Source: Clostridiales bacterium (GTDB lineage Bacteria > Bacillota > Dehalobacteriia > UBA7702). From it: 64,000 bases of DNA. Within the stretch, counting starts at the first letter, position 1. Each line of letters opens with the position of its first letter. Positions 10,227 through 22,412 of the stretch are shown here, piece after piece. The position numbers were made by a program, and so were the translations under genes. The notes beneath the pieces were generated by a model. It ran no database searches. It was not told where the DNA came from and saw only the letters and a program-made list of their open reading frames with translations. The stretch covers positions 808 through 64,807 of the forward strand of contig JAXGQI010000009.1 of NCBI GenBank assembly GCA_040766525.1, read 5' to 3'.

Positions 10227-11274
10227 GAAAAAATATGAGGATCTGTCTCTTTTAATCGGAGATCCTGCTATCATCAATAAGCAGGAAGAATGGCAGAAAT
10301 ATGTGCGTGCCCATGCCGACTTGGAAGAGATCGTCACGGCCTATCGGCGTTACGGCCAAGTGGAAGAAGAGCTTTTGGGCGCCAAAGAGATTTTGGCGGA
10401 AGAAAAAGACGCTGAAATGCGCCAGATGGCCGCGGCGGAAATCCAGGAATTGGAACAAGAGAAAAACCTTTTGGAGCAAAAGATGAAATTGCTCCTTTTG
10501 CCCCAGGATCCCAATGATACTAAAAATGTTATCATGGAAATTCGGGCCGGTACCGGTGGGGATGAGGCGACGCTCTTTGCCAATGATCTCTTCAAAATGT
10601 ACAGCCGCTATGCGGAAAAGCAAGGGTGGCGTTTAGAGGTTTTAGACGGGAATTTTACGGATCTTGGCGGCATCAAGGAAGTGGTGTGCCTGATCGAAGG
10701 GAAAAAGGTGTATAGCCGCCTGAAATATGAGAGCGGCGTCCATCGGGTACAGCGGGTGCCGGATACCGAAGGGGGCGGACGCGTCCATACTTCCGCCGCG
10801 ACGGTAGCCGTTTTGCCGGAAGCGGAAGAAATCGAGGTGGCAATCAGTCCCAATGATATCCGTGTCGATGTTTTTTGCTCCAGCGGCCCCGGCGGCCAAT
10901 CGGTGAACACGACCCAAAGCGCCGTGCGCATCACCCATTTACCTACGGGCATCGTTGTTTCCTGCCAGGATGAAAAAAGCCAGATCAAGAATAAGGAAAA
11001 GGCGATGAAGGTCTTGCGTTCCCGGATCTACGAAAAGATGGAAGAAGAAAAGCAGGGAGATATCTCTTCTACCAGAAAAAGTATGGTCGGGTCCGGGGAC
11101 CGTTCCGAACGGATCCGTACCTTTAATTTCCCCCAGGGGCGTGTAACGGAACACCGCATCGGCTTGACGCTCCACAAATTGGACGCGATCCTGGAAGGGC
11201 ATTTGGATGATATTATCGACGCGCTCATCCATGATGAACAGATGAAACAGCTGCGGGAAGAGGTTGAGGGTTGA
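10201..11274 (+). CDS. prfA: peptide chain release factor 1
   Basis: Carries the GGQ motif ([11 protein letters not shown]), the PxT-type RF1 domain and [10 protein letters not shown]. Length is 357 aa. Confidence 0.97.
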   Translation: MFERIAQLEKKYEDLSLLIGDPAIINKQEEWQKYVRAHADLEEIVTAYRRYGQVEEELLGAKEILAEEKDAEMRQMAAAEIQELEQEKNLLEQKMKLLLLPQDPNDTKNVIMEIRAGTGGDEATLFANDLFKMYSRYAEKQGWRLEVLDGNFTDLGGIKEVVCLIEGKKVYSRLKYESGVHRVQRVPDTEGGGRVHTSAATVAVLPEAEEIEVAISPNDIRVDVFCSSGPGGQSVNTTQSAVRITHLPTGIVVSCQDEKSQIKNKEKAMKVLRSRIYEKMEEEKQGDISSTRKSMVGSGDRSERIRTFNFPQGRVTEHRIGLTLHKLDAILEGHLDDIIDALIHDEQMKQLREEVEG

Positions 11275-12110
11275 TGACTACCTTTGCCCATTTGATGCAA
11301 AAAATGAATCAAGCATTAACGGCCATGGGTCGGGAGAACAGCCAAAGGGAAGCAATTTGGCTGGCAGAATATCTCGGCGGTGCGCCGTTTTTTCAAATTC
11401 GGGAGCAAAGAGCGGCCAAAGAAGTGTTACAGCGGGCCGATATGCTCCTTGACCGCCTTCAAGAGGGAGAACCTTTCCAATATGTTTTAGGGGAGCAGGA
11501 TTTCTACGGGCTTTCCTTTTTAGTCGATCCCAGGGTATTGATCCCGCGGCCGGAAACGGAAGTTTTGGTGGAAAAGGCCCTTTCCCTAGCGCCGCCGCAG
11601 GGCCGCATCTTGGATCTCTGTTGCGGCAGCGGTTGTATCGCCGTGGCTTTGGCCCATCATCTGCCTCAAAGTGAGATTTGGGCGGTGGATTTGTCTTCGG
11701 ATGCTTTGGCCCTTGCTGCGGAAAATGCCCGGCGGCATGGGGCTGATATTCGTTTTGGCGTCGGTGATCTCTTTGCGGCGTTACCCCCGGAGGCAGGACG
11801 GTTTGATTTGATCGTTTCCAATCCTCCCTATATTCCCAGAGAGGAGATCGGCAAACTCGATCCGGAGATCGCTTATGAGCCGACGATGGCCTTGGACGGC
11901 GGCGAGGACGGTTTGGATTTTTATCGGCGTATTCTTCCCGATGCTCCCGATCATTTGCTTCCCGGCGGTGGCTTGCTTTTGGAGGCGGGCGATCAGCAAA
12001 GTTCGGCACTTCTTAAGATCGCGGCGGCGTGTTTATATGACGAAACGGAGATCTTTTCCGATCTGAGCGGTAAAAATCGGTTTTTTTATGGGCGGGCCGA
12101 GAAAGAATAA
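11271..12110 (+). CDS. prmC: release factor glutamine N5-methyltransferase
   Basis: Shows the SAM-binding motif [11 protein letters not shown] and the catalytic motif NPPYI. The start overlaps the prfA stop. Confidence 0.9.
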   Translation: MMTTFAHLMQKMNQALTAMGRENSQREAIWLAEYLGGAPFFQIREQRAAKEVLQRADMLLDRLQEGEPFQYVLGEQDFYGLSFLVDPRVLIPRPETEVLVEKALSLAPPQGRILDLCCGSGCIAVALAHHLPQSEIWAVDLSSDALALAAENARRHGADIRFGVGDLFAALPPEAGRFDLIVSNPPYIPREEIGKLDPEIAYEPTMALDGGEDGLDFYRRILPDAPDHLLPGGGLLLEAGDQQSSALLKIAAACLYDETEIFSDLSGKNRFFYGRAEKE

Positions 12111-12177
12111 TTTTTCAAAAGTCCAGCGTGGCTTGGATTTGGCCCCAAAAGGGCAAAGAAAAAATCGCGGATGAATA

Positions 12178-12205
12178 TTGCTTTTCTTCGATCTTGTGAT
12201 ATAAT
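12178..12205 (+). promoter_or_regulatory. sigma-A-like promoter for the cold-shock gene
   Basis: TTGCTT, a 16-nt spacer containing TGTGA, then TATAAT. Confidence 0.45.
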
Positions 12206-12237
12206 GGGTGCTAGCGTTATTAATCTAGGAGGTTCAC

Positions 12238-12432
12238 ATGGAAGGCAAAGTAAAATGGTTTAATGCGGAAAAAGGCTACGGCTTTATCAACAGCGATGAA
12301 GGGGATATTTTTGTTCACTTTTCTGCTGTTCAGGGTGATGGCTTTAAAACTCTTGACGAAGGCCAGGATGTACAATTTGAGATTGTTCAGGGGGCCAGAG
12401 GCTTGCAGGCCGCAAATGTTATCAAGCTATAA
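12238..12432 (+). CDS. cspA: cold-shock protein (CspA family)
   Basis: [15 protein letters not shown] (RNP1) and DIFVHFSA (RNP2). Length is 64 aa. Confidence 0.95.
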   Translation: MEGKVKWFNAEKGYGFINSDEGDIFVHFSAVQGDGFKTLDEGQDVQFEIVQGARGLQAANVIKL

Positions 12433-12647
12433 GCATATGCTCCGTCTAGCGGAGATCATATCATAATGCAGATTTGATAGCGAAAAGGTTATGCAAAACA
12501 ACTAAGAATGCCGGTAATCTGGAACCCCAATGCTCCTTCGAGTGCCGGGGATTCCAGATTCCTTGGTAAAAGGCATAAGTTCGCATGAAAAACCATGATT
12601 CCGGTCCCGTTTTACGGGGCTTTTTCTGTTTTGGAGATAGTTGAGAA

Positions 12648-13661
12648 ATGAAGACAAGAATCGTTTCGATTGACGCCGCAGGGAAGATCCTGTCCGAGGC
12701 CGGCGCTCTGATTCGGGGTGGCCAAGTGGTGGCTTTCCCTACGGAAACCGTCTATGGATTGGGTGCCAATGCTCTTGACGGCCAGGCGGTAGAGGAGATC
12801 TACCGGGCAAAAGGCCGGCCTTCCGATAATCCTTTGATCGTGCATATTGCCGATCTTGCGATGTTACCCACCTTGGCGAGAGAAGTACCTCCCCTTGCAA
12901 CTGCTTTGGCGGAGGCTTTTTGGCCGGGGCCATTGACGCTGATTTTACCGAAGCAACCTGAGGTACCCCCGGAAACGACGGGCGGTTTGGATACGGTGGC
13001 GATTCGGATGCCCGATCATGAGATTGCGCTGGCTTTGATTCGTGCCGCCGGTGTGCCGATTGCAGCTCCCAGTTCCAATCTTTCGGGGAAACCGAGTCCC
13101 ACCAATGCGCAGCATGTTTATGATGATCTTCAGGGCCGCATCCCTTTGATTTTGGACGGTGGCGCGGTGGAGATCGGCTTGGAATCCACCGTGTTGGATT
13201 TGACTCGCCCCCTTCCGCAAATTTTACGCCCGGGGAAGATTACCGCCGCTGATTTGCGTCCGTATCTTCCCGAGATAGAAGAACATGCCGATTCCTCTTT
13301 AGTGGAAAAGCCGAAAGCGCCGGGGATGAAATATGCCCATTATGCGCCGAACGGTCTTCTGGAGATCATTCCCTTGGGGGGCATCCCGGATTTCCCCCCT
13401 CATTTTCATGAAGGCCAGGGGAGAAAAGCGCTTCTCCTCACAGAGGAAGGCTGGGAAGAGATGCGCGAGCAAGTTCATCCCGACTTGCTTATCCTTTTGG
13501 GTTCAAGAGAGGATCTTTCTACGGTGGCCCGGAAGCTTTTTGCCGCATTTCGGGAATGTGACCGGCAGAAGATGGATACAATTTATATTGAAGCCTTTCC
13601 TCCTTTTGGGATGGGAAGAGCGTTAATGAACCGTATCGAAAAAGCAAGCCGGAGGAAATAA
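12648..13661 (+). CDS. tsaC: L-threonylcarbamoyladenylate synthase (Sua5/YwlC type, with C-terminal Sua5 domain)
   Basis: Shows the YrdC-domain motifs VAFPTETVYGLGANA, KGRPSDNPLIVH and SANLSGKPSPT. Length is 337 aa. Confidence 0.9.
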   Translation: MKTRIVSIDAAGKILSEAGALIRGGQVVAFPTETVYGLGANALDGQAVEEIYRAKGRPSDNPLIVHIADLAMLPTLAREVPPLATALAEAFWPGPLTLILPKQPEVPPETTGGLDTVAIRMPDHEIALALIRAAGVPIAAPSSNLSGKPSPTNAQHVYDDLQGRIPLILDGGAVEIGLESTVLDLTRPLPQILRPGKITAADLRPYLPEIEEHADSSLVEKPKAPGMKYAHYAPNGLLEIIPLGGIPDFPPHFHEGQGRKALLLTEEGWEEMREQVHPDLLILLGSREDLSTVARKLFAAFRECDRQKMDTIYIEAFPPFGMGRALMNRIEKASRRK

Positions 13662-13669
13662 GAGACTAT

Positions 13670-14227
13670 ATGACAACAAAAATTATTGTTTTATTGGCGA
13701 TTGCCTTAGCGTTAGATTCCTTTGCCGTTGCGATGGGAATGGGGCTTTCCTGTACGAAAAAAAGCCGCATTGCCGCTTTTGTGATTGTCGTTATCCTGAT
13801 GCACATCCTTTTCCCTTTGGCCGGTCTTGCGATTGGCAATGTTTCTGCAGCTTATATCGGACGGGTGGCATCTTATCTCGGCGGCGGCCTTTTGATTTTT
13901 CTCGGTTTACGGGTAGTATTGCCGATGATTTTCCCGAAACTGAAGTCCGGAAATGATGAAAATAAAGAGATCGTCATTGATAGTTTTTGGGCGCTTTTGG
14001 TTTTGGCTTTAAGCGTGAGCATGGATGCTCTTTCCGTTGGATTTGGTTTAGGCGTAATCGGTTTTGTTTGGTATGCGCCTTTGGTTTTTGGTTTTACTGC
14101 GGGATTGTTTACCGTGATCGGTTATTTACTCGGACGCCTGATTGGTCTCAAATTTCGGGATTGGGCCGAGATTCTTGCAGCTGTGATTTTAATTGTGATC
14201 GGAATCAAGATTATGATTGGAGGGTAA
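13670..14227 (+). CDS. mntP: manganese efflux pump MntP (YwlD-like)
   Basis: 185 aa with six TM segments and duplicated ..DSFAV.. / ..MDALSVG.. motifs. The position after tsaC matches the Bacillus ywlC-ywlD order. The 8-nt gap upstream leaves no room for a yybP-ykoY riboswitch. Confidence 0.75.
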   Translation: MTTKIIVLLAIALALDSFAVAMGMGLSCTKKSRIAAFVIVVILMHILFPLAGLAIGNVSAAYIGRVASYLGGGLLIFLGLRVVLPMIFPKLKSGNDENKEIVIDSFWALLVLALSVSMDALSVGFGLGVIGFVWYAPLVFGFTAGLFTVIGYLLGRLIGLKFRDWAEILAAVILIVIGIKIMIGG

Positions 14228-14230
14228 AAC

Positions 14231-14704
14231 ATGGCGGGTAAAAAAATATTGTTTATTTGTACCGGTAATACGTGCCGCAGCAGTATGGCAACTTTTTTGG
14301 CCCGTGACCTTCAGCAAAAAGAGTTTGCGCAAAGCGGGCATCTTTTTGATTCGGCGGGATTGATGGCGGTGGAAGGGATGCCTGCTTCTCCCGAGGCCAT
14401 TGCCGTTTTGGCGGAAATAGGGATTGATCTACTGCCCCATCGTGCAAAGTTGTTCCGCCCGGAAATGGTGGACAAGGCCGATTTAATTCTTACGATGACC
14501 GGGCCGCACCGGCAATGGATCATCAATCAGTTGCCGAATGCCGAAGGGAAGGTTTTTTCTTTGGCGGAATTTGTGGGGGCTTCTGATCGTGATATTATGG
14601 ATCCTTTCGGCGGCGATCGGGGAACCTATGCTTTAACCCGGGATCATTTACTGAAAATGCTGTCGGAAATGATGCAAAAACTGGAAGAAACAAAGGAATC
14701 ATAA
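14231..14704 (+). CDS. ywlE: low-molecular-weight phosphatase (YwlE-like protein arginine/tyrosine phosphatase)
   Basis: P-loop CTGNTCRS near the N-terminus and a DPFGG motif. Confidence 0.8.
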   Translation: MAGKKILFICTGNTCRSSMATFLARDLQQKEFAQSGHLFDSAGLMAVEGMPASPEAIAVLAEIGIDLLPHRAKLFRPEMVDKADLILTMTGPHRQWIINQLPNAEGKVFSLAEFVGASDRDIMDPFGGDRGTYALTRDHLLKMLSEMMQKLEETKES

Positions 14705-14751
14705 ATCTTTTGTAGAAATAATTTAAATTGTTTTTTTATCTGGAGGTTCTT

Positions 14752-15201
14752 ATGAAAATTGTTTTGGCCGCAGATCACGCGGGGTTTCCATTAAAGGAGA
14801 GAATAAAAGAAAAGCTCCTGCAAGAAGGATATGATATCCTGGATGAAGGGACATTCGACACAACTTCCGTCGACTATCCTGTTTATGGAGCGAAAGCGGC
14901 GCGGAAAGTCGCTTCTCATGAAGCGGACTTTGGCATCGTTTGTTGCGGCAGCGGTATTGGCATCAGTATTGCCGCCAATAAGGTGAAGGGGGTACGGGCG
15001 GCCCTTTGTCATGAATCTTTATCCGCCCGTCTTGCCAGGGAACACAATAACGCCAATGTTTTGGCTTTAGGCGCCAGGATGATTGGGGAAGCCGTGGCTT
15101 TTGATATTGTGCAGCAATTTCTCCAAACGCCCTTTGCCGGAGAGCGGCATCAGCGGCGGGTGGATCTGATCACGGAGATCGAAGAAAACTGCGGGAAATA
15201 A
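14752..15201 (+). CDS. rpiB: ribose-5-phosphate isomerase B
   Basis: MKIVLAADHAGF..., CGSGIGISIAANK, RLAREHNNANVLALGAR. Confidence 0.9.
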   Translation: MKIVLAADHAGFPLKERIKEKLLQEGYDILDEGTFDTTSVDYPVYGAKAARKVASHEADFGIVCCGSGIGISIAANKVKGVRAALCHESLSARLAREHNNANVLALGARMIGEAVAFDIVQQFLQTPFAGERHQRRVDLITEIEENCGK

Positions 15202-15228
15202 GAAAAAAAAGAAATGTGAGGAAAGAAC

Positions 15229-16464
15229 ATGGAAGATCTAAAATATGTTATGGCGTCTGATCCTGAATTGGCCAAGATTTTGGCTTTGGAATTGGAACGG
15301 CAGCAAAATAATATCGAGCTGATTGCATCGGAAAACATTGTTTCTCCGGCAGTTATGGCGGCGCAAGGTTCGGTTTTGACCAATAAGTATGCCGAGGGGT
15401 ATCCCGGCCATCGTTATTACGGCGGTTGCCAATGTGTGGATTTAGCCGAGGATTTGGCCAGAGACAGAGCGAAACAGCTTTTTGGGGCACAACATGTCAA
15501 TGTGCAACCCCATTCCGGTTCCCAGGCCAATACGGCGGTCTATTTTAGTTTTTTAGAACCGGGCGATAAAGTCTTGGGGATGAATCTTACCCACGGCGGC
15601 CATCTTACCCACGGGAATCCCATCAATATCTCCGGGAAATTGTATCAATTTGTTCCTTATGGCGTCCATCCGGAAACGGAAACGCTGGATTATGAAGCTT
15701 TGGCCGAATTGGCACTGCAAGAAAAACCGAAGATGATCGTGGCGGGAGCCAGTGCTTATCCTCGTTTTCTTGATTTTGCCCGTCTGCGGGAAATCGCCGA
15801 TTCCGTTGGCGCTTATTTAATGGTGGATATGGCCCATGTTGCCGGCCTCGTGGCGGTTGGGCTCCATCCCAATCCGATCCCTTATGCCGACTTTGTAACG
15901 ACGACCACCCATAAAACTTTGCGTGGCCCCAGAGGCGGGATGATTTTCTGCAAAGAAGAATACGGTCCCAAGATCGATAAGGCGATCTTCCCTGGTATCC
16001 AAGGGGGTCCTTTGATGCATGTAATCGCGGCGAAGGCGGTCGCATTTGGGGAAGCCTTGCGGCCGGAATTTAAACAATATCAGCAACAGGTTTTGGACAA
16101 TGCCCAGGCTTTGGCTAAGGCTTTAACGGACAGAGGGTTCCGCATCGTATCCGGTGGCACCGATAATCACTTGATGCTGGTGGATTTGCGCCCGAAAAAC
16201 ATCACAGGGAAAGAAGCGGAAACCATCTTGGATGAAGTTAATATTACATTAAATAAAAACACCATTCCTTTTGATCCCCAAAGTCCCAATGTGACAAGTG
16301 GTGTTCGCATCGGTACGCCGGCGGTGACGACCCGAGGAATGAAAGAAGACGATATGAAGGTCATTGCCAAGGCCATCGATTTGACCTTAAGTGAGAATGA
16401 CCTCGACGGCACCCGTGCTTTGGTGAAGGAATTGGTGGAAAAATATCCCATTTACCGGGATTAA
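15229..16464 (+). CDS. glyA: serine hydroxymethyltransferase
   Basis: [27 protein letters not shown] and the PLP-lysine block [14 protein letters not shown]. Confidence 0.97.
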   Translation: MEDLKYVMASDPELAKILALELERQQNNIELIASENIVSPAVMAAQGSVLTNKYAEGYPGHRYYGGCQCVDLAEDLARDRAKQLFGAQHVNVQPHSGSQANTAVYFSFLEPGDKVLGMNLTHGGHLTHGNPINISGKLYQFVPYGVHPETETLDYEALAELALQEKPKMIVAGASAYPRFLDFARLREIADSVGAYLMVDMAHVAGLVAVGLHPNPIPYADFVTTTTHKTLRGPRGGMIFCKEEYGPKIDKAIFPGIQGGPLMHVIAAKAVAFGEALRPEFKQYQQQVLDNAQALAKALTDRGFRIVSGGTDNHLMLVDLRPKNITGKEAETILDEVNITLNKNTIPFDPQSPNVTSGVRIGTPAVTTRGMKEDDMKVIAKAIDLTLSENDLDGTRALVKELVEKYPIYRD

Positions 16465-16483
16465 TTGAAACAAGGGGGGTACT

Positions 16484-16954
16484 ATGCGAAAGAGTTGGGA
16501 TGAGTATTTTATGGAATTGGCTCGTGTTGCTGCTTCTCGCTCCACTTGCCTGCGCCGCCATGTGGGGGCGGTTGCCGTTAGTCCCGATAATCGGATTTTG
16601 GGGACCGGATATAACGGTGCGCTTCCCGGTTCGCCTCATTGTGAAGAAACCGGCTGTTTAAGGCAGAAGATGGGTATTCCTTCCGGTGAGAGGCAAGAGA
16701 TTTGCCGGGCACAACATGCGGAGGCTAATATTTGCAATATTGCCGCGCGTTATGGGATCCCCCTGGAAGGCGCCACAGTTTATGTGACCAATCAGCCTTG
16801 CACGACTTGTGTGAAGGCTATGGTAACTTCCGGCATCAAGCGGGTGGTGTACGAAGGTGATTATCCCGATCCTTTTGCTTGCCAGATTGCAAAAGAAGCC
16901 GGAATGGATTTAATAAAATTGAGCAACGATGAAAAGGCAAGGAACGAACAATGA
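16484..16954 (+). CDS. comEB: dCMP deaminase / ComEB-like cytidine-deoxycytidylate deaminase
   Basis: Zinc-binding motifs HAEANI and PCTTCVKAM. Confidence 0.85.
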   Translation: MRKSWDEYFMELARVAASRSTCLRRHVGAVAVSPDNRILGTGYNGALPGSPHCEETGCLRQKMGIPSGERQEICRAQHAEANICNIAARYGIPLEGATVYVTNQPCTTCVKAMVTSGIKRVVYEGDYPDPFACQIAKEAGMDLIKLSNDEKARNEQ

Positions 16955-18132
16955 AAAAAATTCTTATGGTTTTCGGCACCCGGCCTGAAGCGATTAAGAT
17001 GGCTCCTTTGTATAAGATTTTAGCAAAGGAGCCGGATTTTATTGTGCGTGTGGCCATTACCGCCCAGCACAGAGAAATGCTCGATCAGGTGTTGGATCTC
17101 TTTAAAATTGTGCCGGAATATGATCTCAATATGATGAAAGAGGGGCAGACTCTCTATGATATCACGGCGAAAGCCTTGATAGGCCTGCGGGATGTTTTGG
17201 CGGATTTTGAACCGGATCTGGTTTTGGTGCACGGTGATACCACGACGACTTTGGCGGCTTCGCTGGCGGCCTTTTACGCCTCGATCCCATTAGGTCATGT
17301 AGAGGCCGGGTTGCGTACCGGTGATAAATTTGCCCCCTATCCGGAGGAGATGAACCGGTGCTTGACCGATGTTTTGTCGGATTTCTATTTTGCACCGACA
17401 AAACAAAACCGCGACAATTTGCTTTTGGAAAATATTGACGATGATAAGATCTTTATCACGGGGAATACCGTGATCGACGCTCTGATGATGACGATCAAAG
17501 AGCCGCTCTCCTTAGACGAATTCGGTCTTGCCGATGTGGATTGGAATAAGAAAGTTATTCTTTTGACTTGCCATCGGCGGGAAAACTGGGGCGAGCCGAT
17601 GCTGGAAATCTTCCGTGGCATCCGTGATGTGGTGGAAAATAGGGAAGAGGTGGACGTGGTTTTCCCCGTCCATAAAAATCCCCGTGTCCGTAAGGCGGCG
17701 GAGGAAATATTTGCCGGTCTTACGAGAGTGCACCGGATCGAGCCTTTGGATTATCATCCTTTTTCCCATCTCATGGCCCGTTCCTATCTCGTTTTGACGG
17801 ATTCCGGCGGCATCCAGGAAGAAGCCCCGGCTTTAGGGAAACCGGTCTTGGTTTTGCGGGATACGACGGAAAGACCGGAGGCTGTGGCGGCAGGTACGGT
17901 GAAGATCGCCGGCACCGGGAGAGAAGGCGTGCGACGGGAAACGCTGGCCCTCTTGGAGGATGAAGAGCAATACAAACGCATGGCGATGCAGGCAAATCCA
18001 TATGGAGACGGTACTGCTTGTAACCAGATCTGTGATATCATTAAAATCCGAGAAAATCAACAAAAAATAATATTTTTTGTTGATTTTCTTGTGGTTATTC
18101 TGATATGGCAATATATTATACTTGTTATGTGA
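16951..18132 (+). CDS. wecB: UDP-N-acetylglucosamine 2-epimerase (non-hydrolysing, MnaA/WecB)
   Basis: FGTRPEAIKMAPL, HVEAGLRT, TDSGGIQEEAP. The last ~25 codons (..IIFFVDFLVVILIWQYIILVM) run through a terminator hairpin and look non-native. Confidence 0.9.
   Translation: MKKILMVFGTRPEAIKMAPLYKILAKEPDFIVRVAITAQHREMLDQVLDLFKIVPEYDLNMMKEGQTLYDITAKALIGLRDVLADFEPDLVLVHGDTTTTLAASLAAFYASIPLGHVEAGLRTGDKFAPYPEEMNRCLTDVLSDFYFAPTKQNRDNLLLENIDDDKIFITGNTVIDALMMTIKEPLSLDEFGLADVDWNKKVILLTCHRRENWGEPMLEIFRGIRDVVENREEVDVVFPVHKNPRVRKAAEEIFAGLTRVHRIEPLDYHPFSHLMARSYLVLTDSGGIQEEAPALGKPVLVLRDTTERPEAVAAGTVKIAGTGREGVRRETLALLEDEEQYKRMAMQANPYGDGTACNQICDIIKIRENQQKIIFFVDFLVVILIWQYIILVM
18052..18088 (+). terminator. 16-bp A/T-rich hairpin terminator inside the annotated 3' end of wecB
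   Basis: GAAAATCAACAAAAAA / TTTTTTGTTGATTTTC. Confidence 0.55.
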
Positions 18133-18151
18133 AAAAGTAATACAGTATAAT
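18122..18151 (+). promoter_or_regulatory. candidate promoter of the atp operon
   Basis: TTGTTA, an 18-nt spacer, then TATAAT. Confidence 0.35.
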
Positions 18152-18180
18152 GTCACTATGAGATCGTGGGGTGTTTTCCT

Positions 18181-18429
18181 ATGGCTGAAAAAGGTCATCC
18201 GGCAGTATATCAATATATGCGGATCGGTTCTACCTTCGGTCTTACCACCGCTATCAATATCTGGTTTTTCGGTGTATTTTGCGGTGGTTGGGTGGACGAG
18301 AAGGTAGGGACAGAATCTGTTTTTACCTTGATCGGTGTATTATTGGGCCTTTTCTTTTCCTTTTTCTATCTCTATCGGGAGATAACCATCATGGAAAAAG
18401 TGAAAAAGGAAAATGAGGAGGAAGATTGA
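18181..18429 (+). CDS. atpZ: AtpZ/AtpI-family small membrane protein (putative F0F1 ATPase-associated)
   Basis: A small two-TM protein at the head of the atp operon (MAEKGHPAVYQYMRIGSTFGLT..). Confidence 0.55.
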   Translation: MAEKGHPAVYQYMRIGSTFGLTTAINIWFFGVFCGGWVDEKVGTESVFTLIGVLLGLFFSFFYLYREITIMEKVKKENEEED

Positions 18430-18728
18430 TGCCGTCGATTCATGACATCCTGCTCTTTTTTGCCGGCATGCTGTTCGGCCTTTTAATCGGTTTGATTAAT
18501 CGTAAGATGATCATTTCCGTTGCCGATCAGTTTGGGGAGTACCCGCCAGGAACGGCAAAAAGAAAGCTGCTTGTTCGCTATCTTTTGCGGTACAGTTTGA
18601 ATTTTTTGGCTTTATTAGTAACATATCGTTGGGTACCCGCGCTTTTAGGCACTGCTTTGGGCTTGATTATTATGCAAAAAACATTGATTGTTCAATATAT
18701 ATTTTTGCGTAAGGGGGTGAAAAAGTAA
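18426..18728 (+). CDS. atpI: ATP synthase protein I
   Basis: 100 aa hydrophobic protein immediately upstream of atpB, with the start overlapping the preceding stop. Confidence 0.55.
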   Translation: MMPSIHDILLFFAGMLFGLLIGLINRKMIISVADQFGEYPPGTAKRKLLVRYLLRYSLNFLALLVTYRWVPALLGTALGLIIMQKTLIVQYIFLRKGVKK

Positions 18729-19445
18729 ATGGAAGCTGCTTTTCAGATTGCTTCTAGTGGCGGAGAGGAAGCCGGTCATGGTGCTTATACTCTATTTGAG
18801 ATTGGGCCGATCCCGATTACTTCCTGGATGGTGACGATGTGGGCTATTATGCTTATCTTCATCGTTTTGTCTATTTTTGCCACGAAAAACATGAAAATGG
18901 TGCCGAAAGGCCTGCAAAATGCCATGGAAATGATTGTTGAAGGGCTGATCGGTTTTTTTGCCGGCATGATGGGCAAGGAGAGGGCAAAGCGTTATGGTCC
19001 CCTTTTGATAACTTTTTTTGTTTTTATTCTCGTCAGCAACTACACCGGGATGCTACCGCTTGCAGGTCATTTGCCCGGTCTTGCCGCACCAACCTCGGTG
19101 TTTAACGTAACCGTGGGTCTCGCTATTGTAGTCTTCTTTGCCACGCACATCAATGGTTTCAGAGTTAACAAAGTGCACTATCTGAAACACTTTGTAACGC
19201 CGTTCGCCTTTCTGCTTCCCCTGCTCCTAATTGAAGAAGTTGTACGGCCGTTTTCTCTGGCAATGCGGTTATACGGCAATATTTACGGGGAAGAAATGGT
19301 CGTATCTCAGCTTTTCGGTTTGGTGCCTTTTGGCGTGCCTGTCGTGATGCAATTGCTGGGCGTCTTATTCGGTTTGATCCAGGCATTTGTTTTCACACTA
19401 CTGTCGGCGATCTATATTTCGCAGGCCACGGAAACAAGTCATTAA
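18729..19445 (+). CDS. atpB: F0 ATP synthase subunit a
   Basis: Carries the conserved Arg region ..FSLAMRLYGNIYGEE.. and a multi-TM topology. Confidence 0.95.
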   Translation: MEAAFQIASSGGEEAGHGAYTLFEIGPIPITSWMVTMWAIMLIFIVLSIFATKNMKMVPKGLQNAMEMIVEGLIGFFAGMMGKERAKRYGPLLITFFVFILVSNYTGMLPLAGHLPGLAAPTSVFNVTVGLAIVVFFATHINGFRVNKVHYLKHFVTPFAFLLPLLLIEEVVRPFSLAMRLYGNIYGEEMVVSQLFGLVPFGVPVVMQLLGVLFGLIQAFVFTLLSAIYISQATETSH

Positions 19446-19484
19446 TGTTTATTAAAAACAGGTATATAAAAATTAAATTTTTGA

Positions 19485-19748
<264 letters not shown>

Positions 19749-19767
19749 TTGAACCGGATTATTTGCC

Positions 19768-19790
19768 GCCCGGAGAAATTCTCTCCGGGC
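19768..19790 (+). other. intra-operon hairpin between atpE and atpF
   Basis: 9-bp stem GCCCGGAGA/TCTCCGGGC. No long U-tract follows. Confidence 0.4.
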
Positions 19791-19821
19791 AGGCTCCTTT
19801 ACGAGAGGGGGTAAGATCTAA

Positions 19822-20307
19822 GTGGAAATCAATCCCATTGAAATAGTACTAGCGATAGTTAACTTTTTGATTCTTTTGGCTGTGCTATATAAATTCCTCT
19901 ACCATCCTCTTATGGGGATGTTGGAAAAAAGAGCGGAGACTGTCCGCAATAATATTGAAACGGCAGAAAATGTAAAAGCCGAAGCCTACCAGATGAAGGT
20001 TGATATTTCTGCCGAACTCACCAATTCCCGCCAAAAAGCGCAGGAAATCATCGCCCAGGCTGCCAAAGCCGGAGATGATACGAAAGCGCAGATCGTTGAA
20101 GAAGCGAAATCTGAAGCACAGAAGATCATCGCTAAAGCGCAGGCGGAAATTAATGAAGAAAAAGAGAAAGCGCTCGCTGAAATTCGGGATGAAGCTGCAT
20201 CACTTGCTTTAATGGCCGCATCGAAGTTGATTCAACGCTCGTTGAACGACGCGGATCATAAGCAACTGGTGGATAAGTATATCCAGGAGGCAGGGGAAAT
20301 TCAATGA
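19822..20307 (+). CDS. atpF: F0 ATP synthase subunit b
   Basis: GTG start, an N-terminal TM segment, then a long charged helix rich in A/E/K. Confidence 0.9.
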   Translation: MEINPIEIVLAIVNFLILLAVLYKFLYHPLMGMLEKRAETVRNNIETAENVKAEAYQMKVDISAELTNSRQKAQEIIAQAAKAGDDTKAQIVEEAKSEAQKIIAKAQAEINEEKEKALAEIRDEAASLALMAASKLIQRSLNDADHKQLVDKYIQEAGEIQ

Positions 20308-20852
20308 CCAATAAAACGATTGCCAGAAGGTATGCCAAAGCCCTCTTCAGTATCGGGGAAGAGCAGGGGAAAGTAGCGGTTTTTGCTGAAAACCTGCGGG
20401 AAGTTTTGGCCGTTTTGGAAAAGGATGAAGAAGTGAATGCAATGATCGACAGCCATTTTATCTCTATTACAGAGAAGAAAAACTTGGCCAAACAGATTTT
20501 TGCTTCCTTTGATCCCTTGGTCATCAATTTTATTTCCCTGATTCTCGATAAGGGCAGGGGCCTTTATTTGCAGGATATCTGTAAATCTTATCAGGATATG
20601 CTCGATGAATCCGAGAATATCCTACATGCCATTGTGAAATCCGCTGTTCCTTTAAATGCGGAACAGTTGAAAAAAATCGAAGATAAATTTTCCTCTCTGA
20701 CTTCCCAGACGGTGAAAGCACAATTATCTGTGGATCAGAGCTTGATCGGCGGTATTCAGGTCCGCGTAGGCGATAAAGTCTATGACGGCACCATTGCCTT
20801 GCAGCTGAAAAGGATGGGGGAAGATTTAAAAGAAACGAAGATGTTAGGATAA
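20304..20852 (+). CDS. atpH: F1 ATP synthase subunit delta (OSCP)
   Basis: RYAKALF.. at the N-terminus, GG..V.VGD.V.D.S at the C-terminus, and the expected operon position. Confidence 0.9.
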   Translation: MTNKTIARRYAKALFSIGEEQGKVAVFAENLREVLAVLEKDEEVNAMIDSHFISITEKKNLAKQIFASFDPLVINFISLILDKGRGLYLQDICKSYQDMLDESENILHAIVKSAVPLNAEQLKKIEDKFSSLTSQTVKAQLSVDQSLIGGIQVRVGDKVYDGTIALQLKRMGEDLKETKMLG

Positions 20853-20866
20853 GGGGTGAAAAATGA

Positions 20867-22375
<1,509 letters not shown>

Positions 22376-22412
22376 CTCTCCCATACAAAAGATCGAAAGG
22401 TGGTGAAAGAAT

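Noticed and set aside
11278-12009. 243 aa minus-strand ORF antisense to prmC
   Set aside because: The translation is Pro/Arg-rich and low-complexity, lying entirely antisense to a well-supported methyltransferase gene. This is a typical shadow ORF.
13662-13669. Expected yybP-ykoY Mn riboswitch upstream of mntP
   Set aside because: Only 8 nt separate the tsaC stop from the mntP start, which leaves no room for a riboswitch. mntP appears to be co-transcribed with tsaC.
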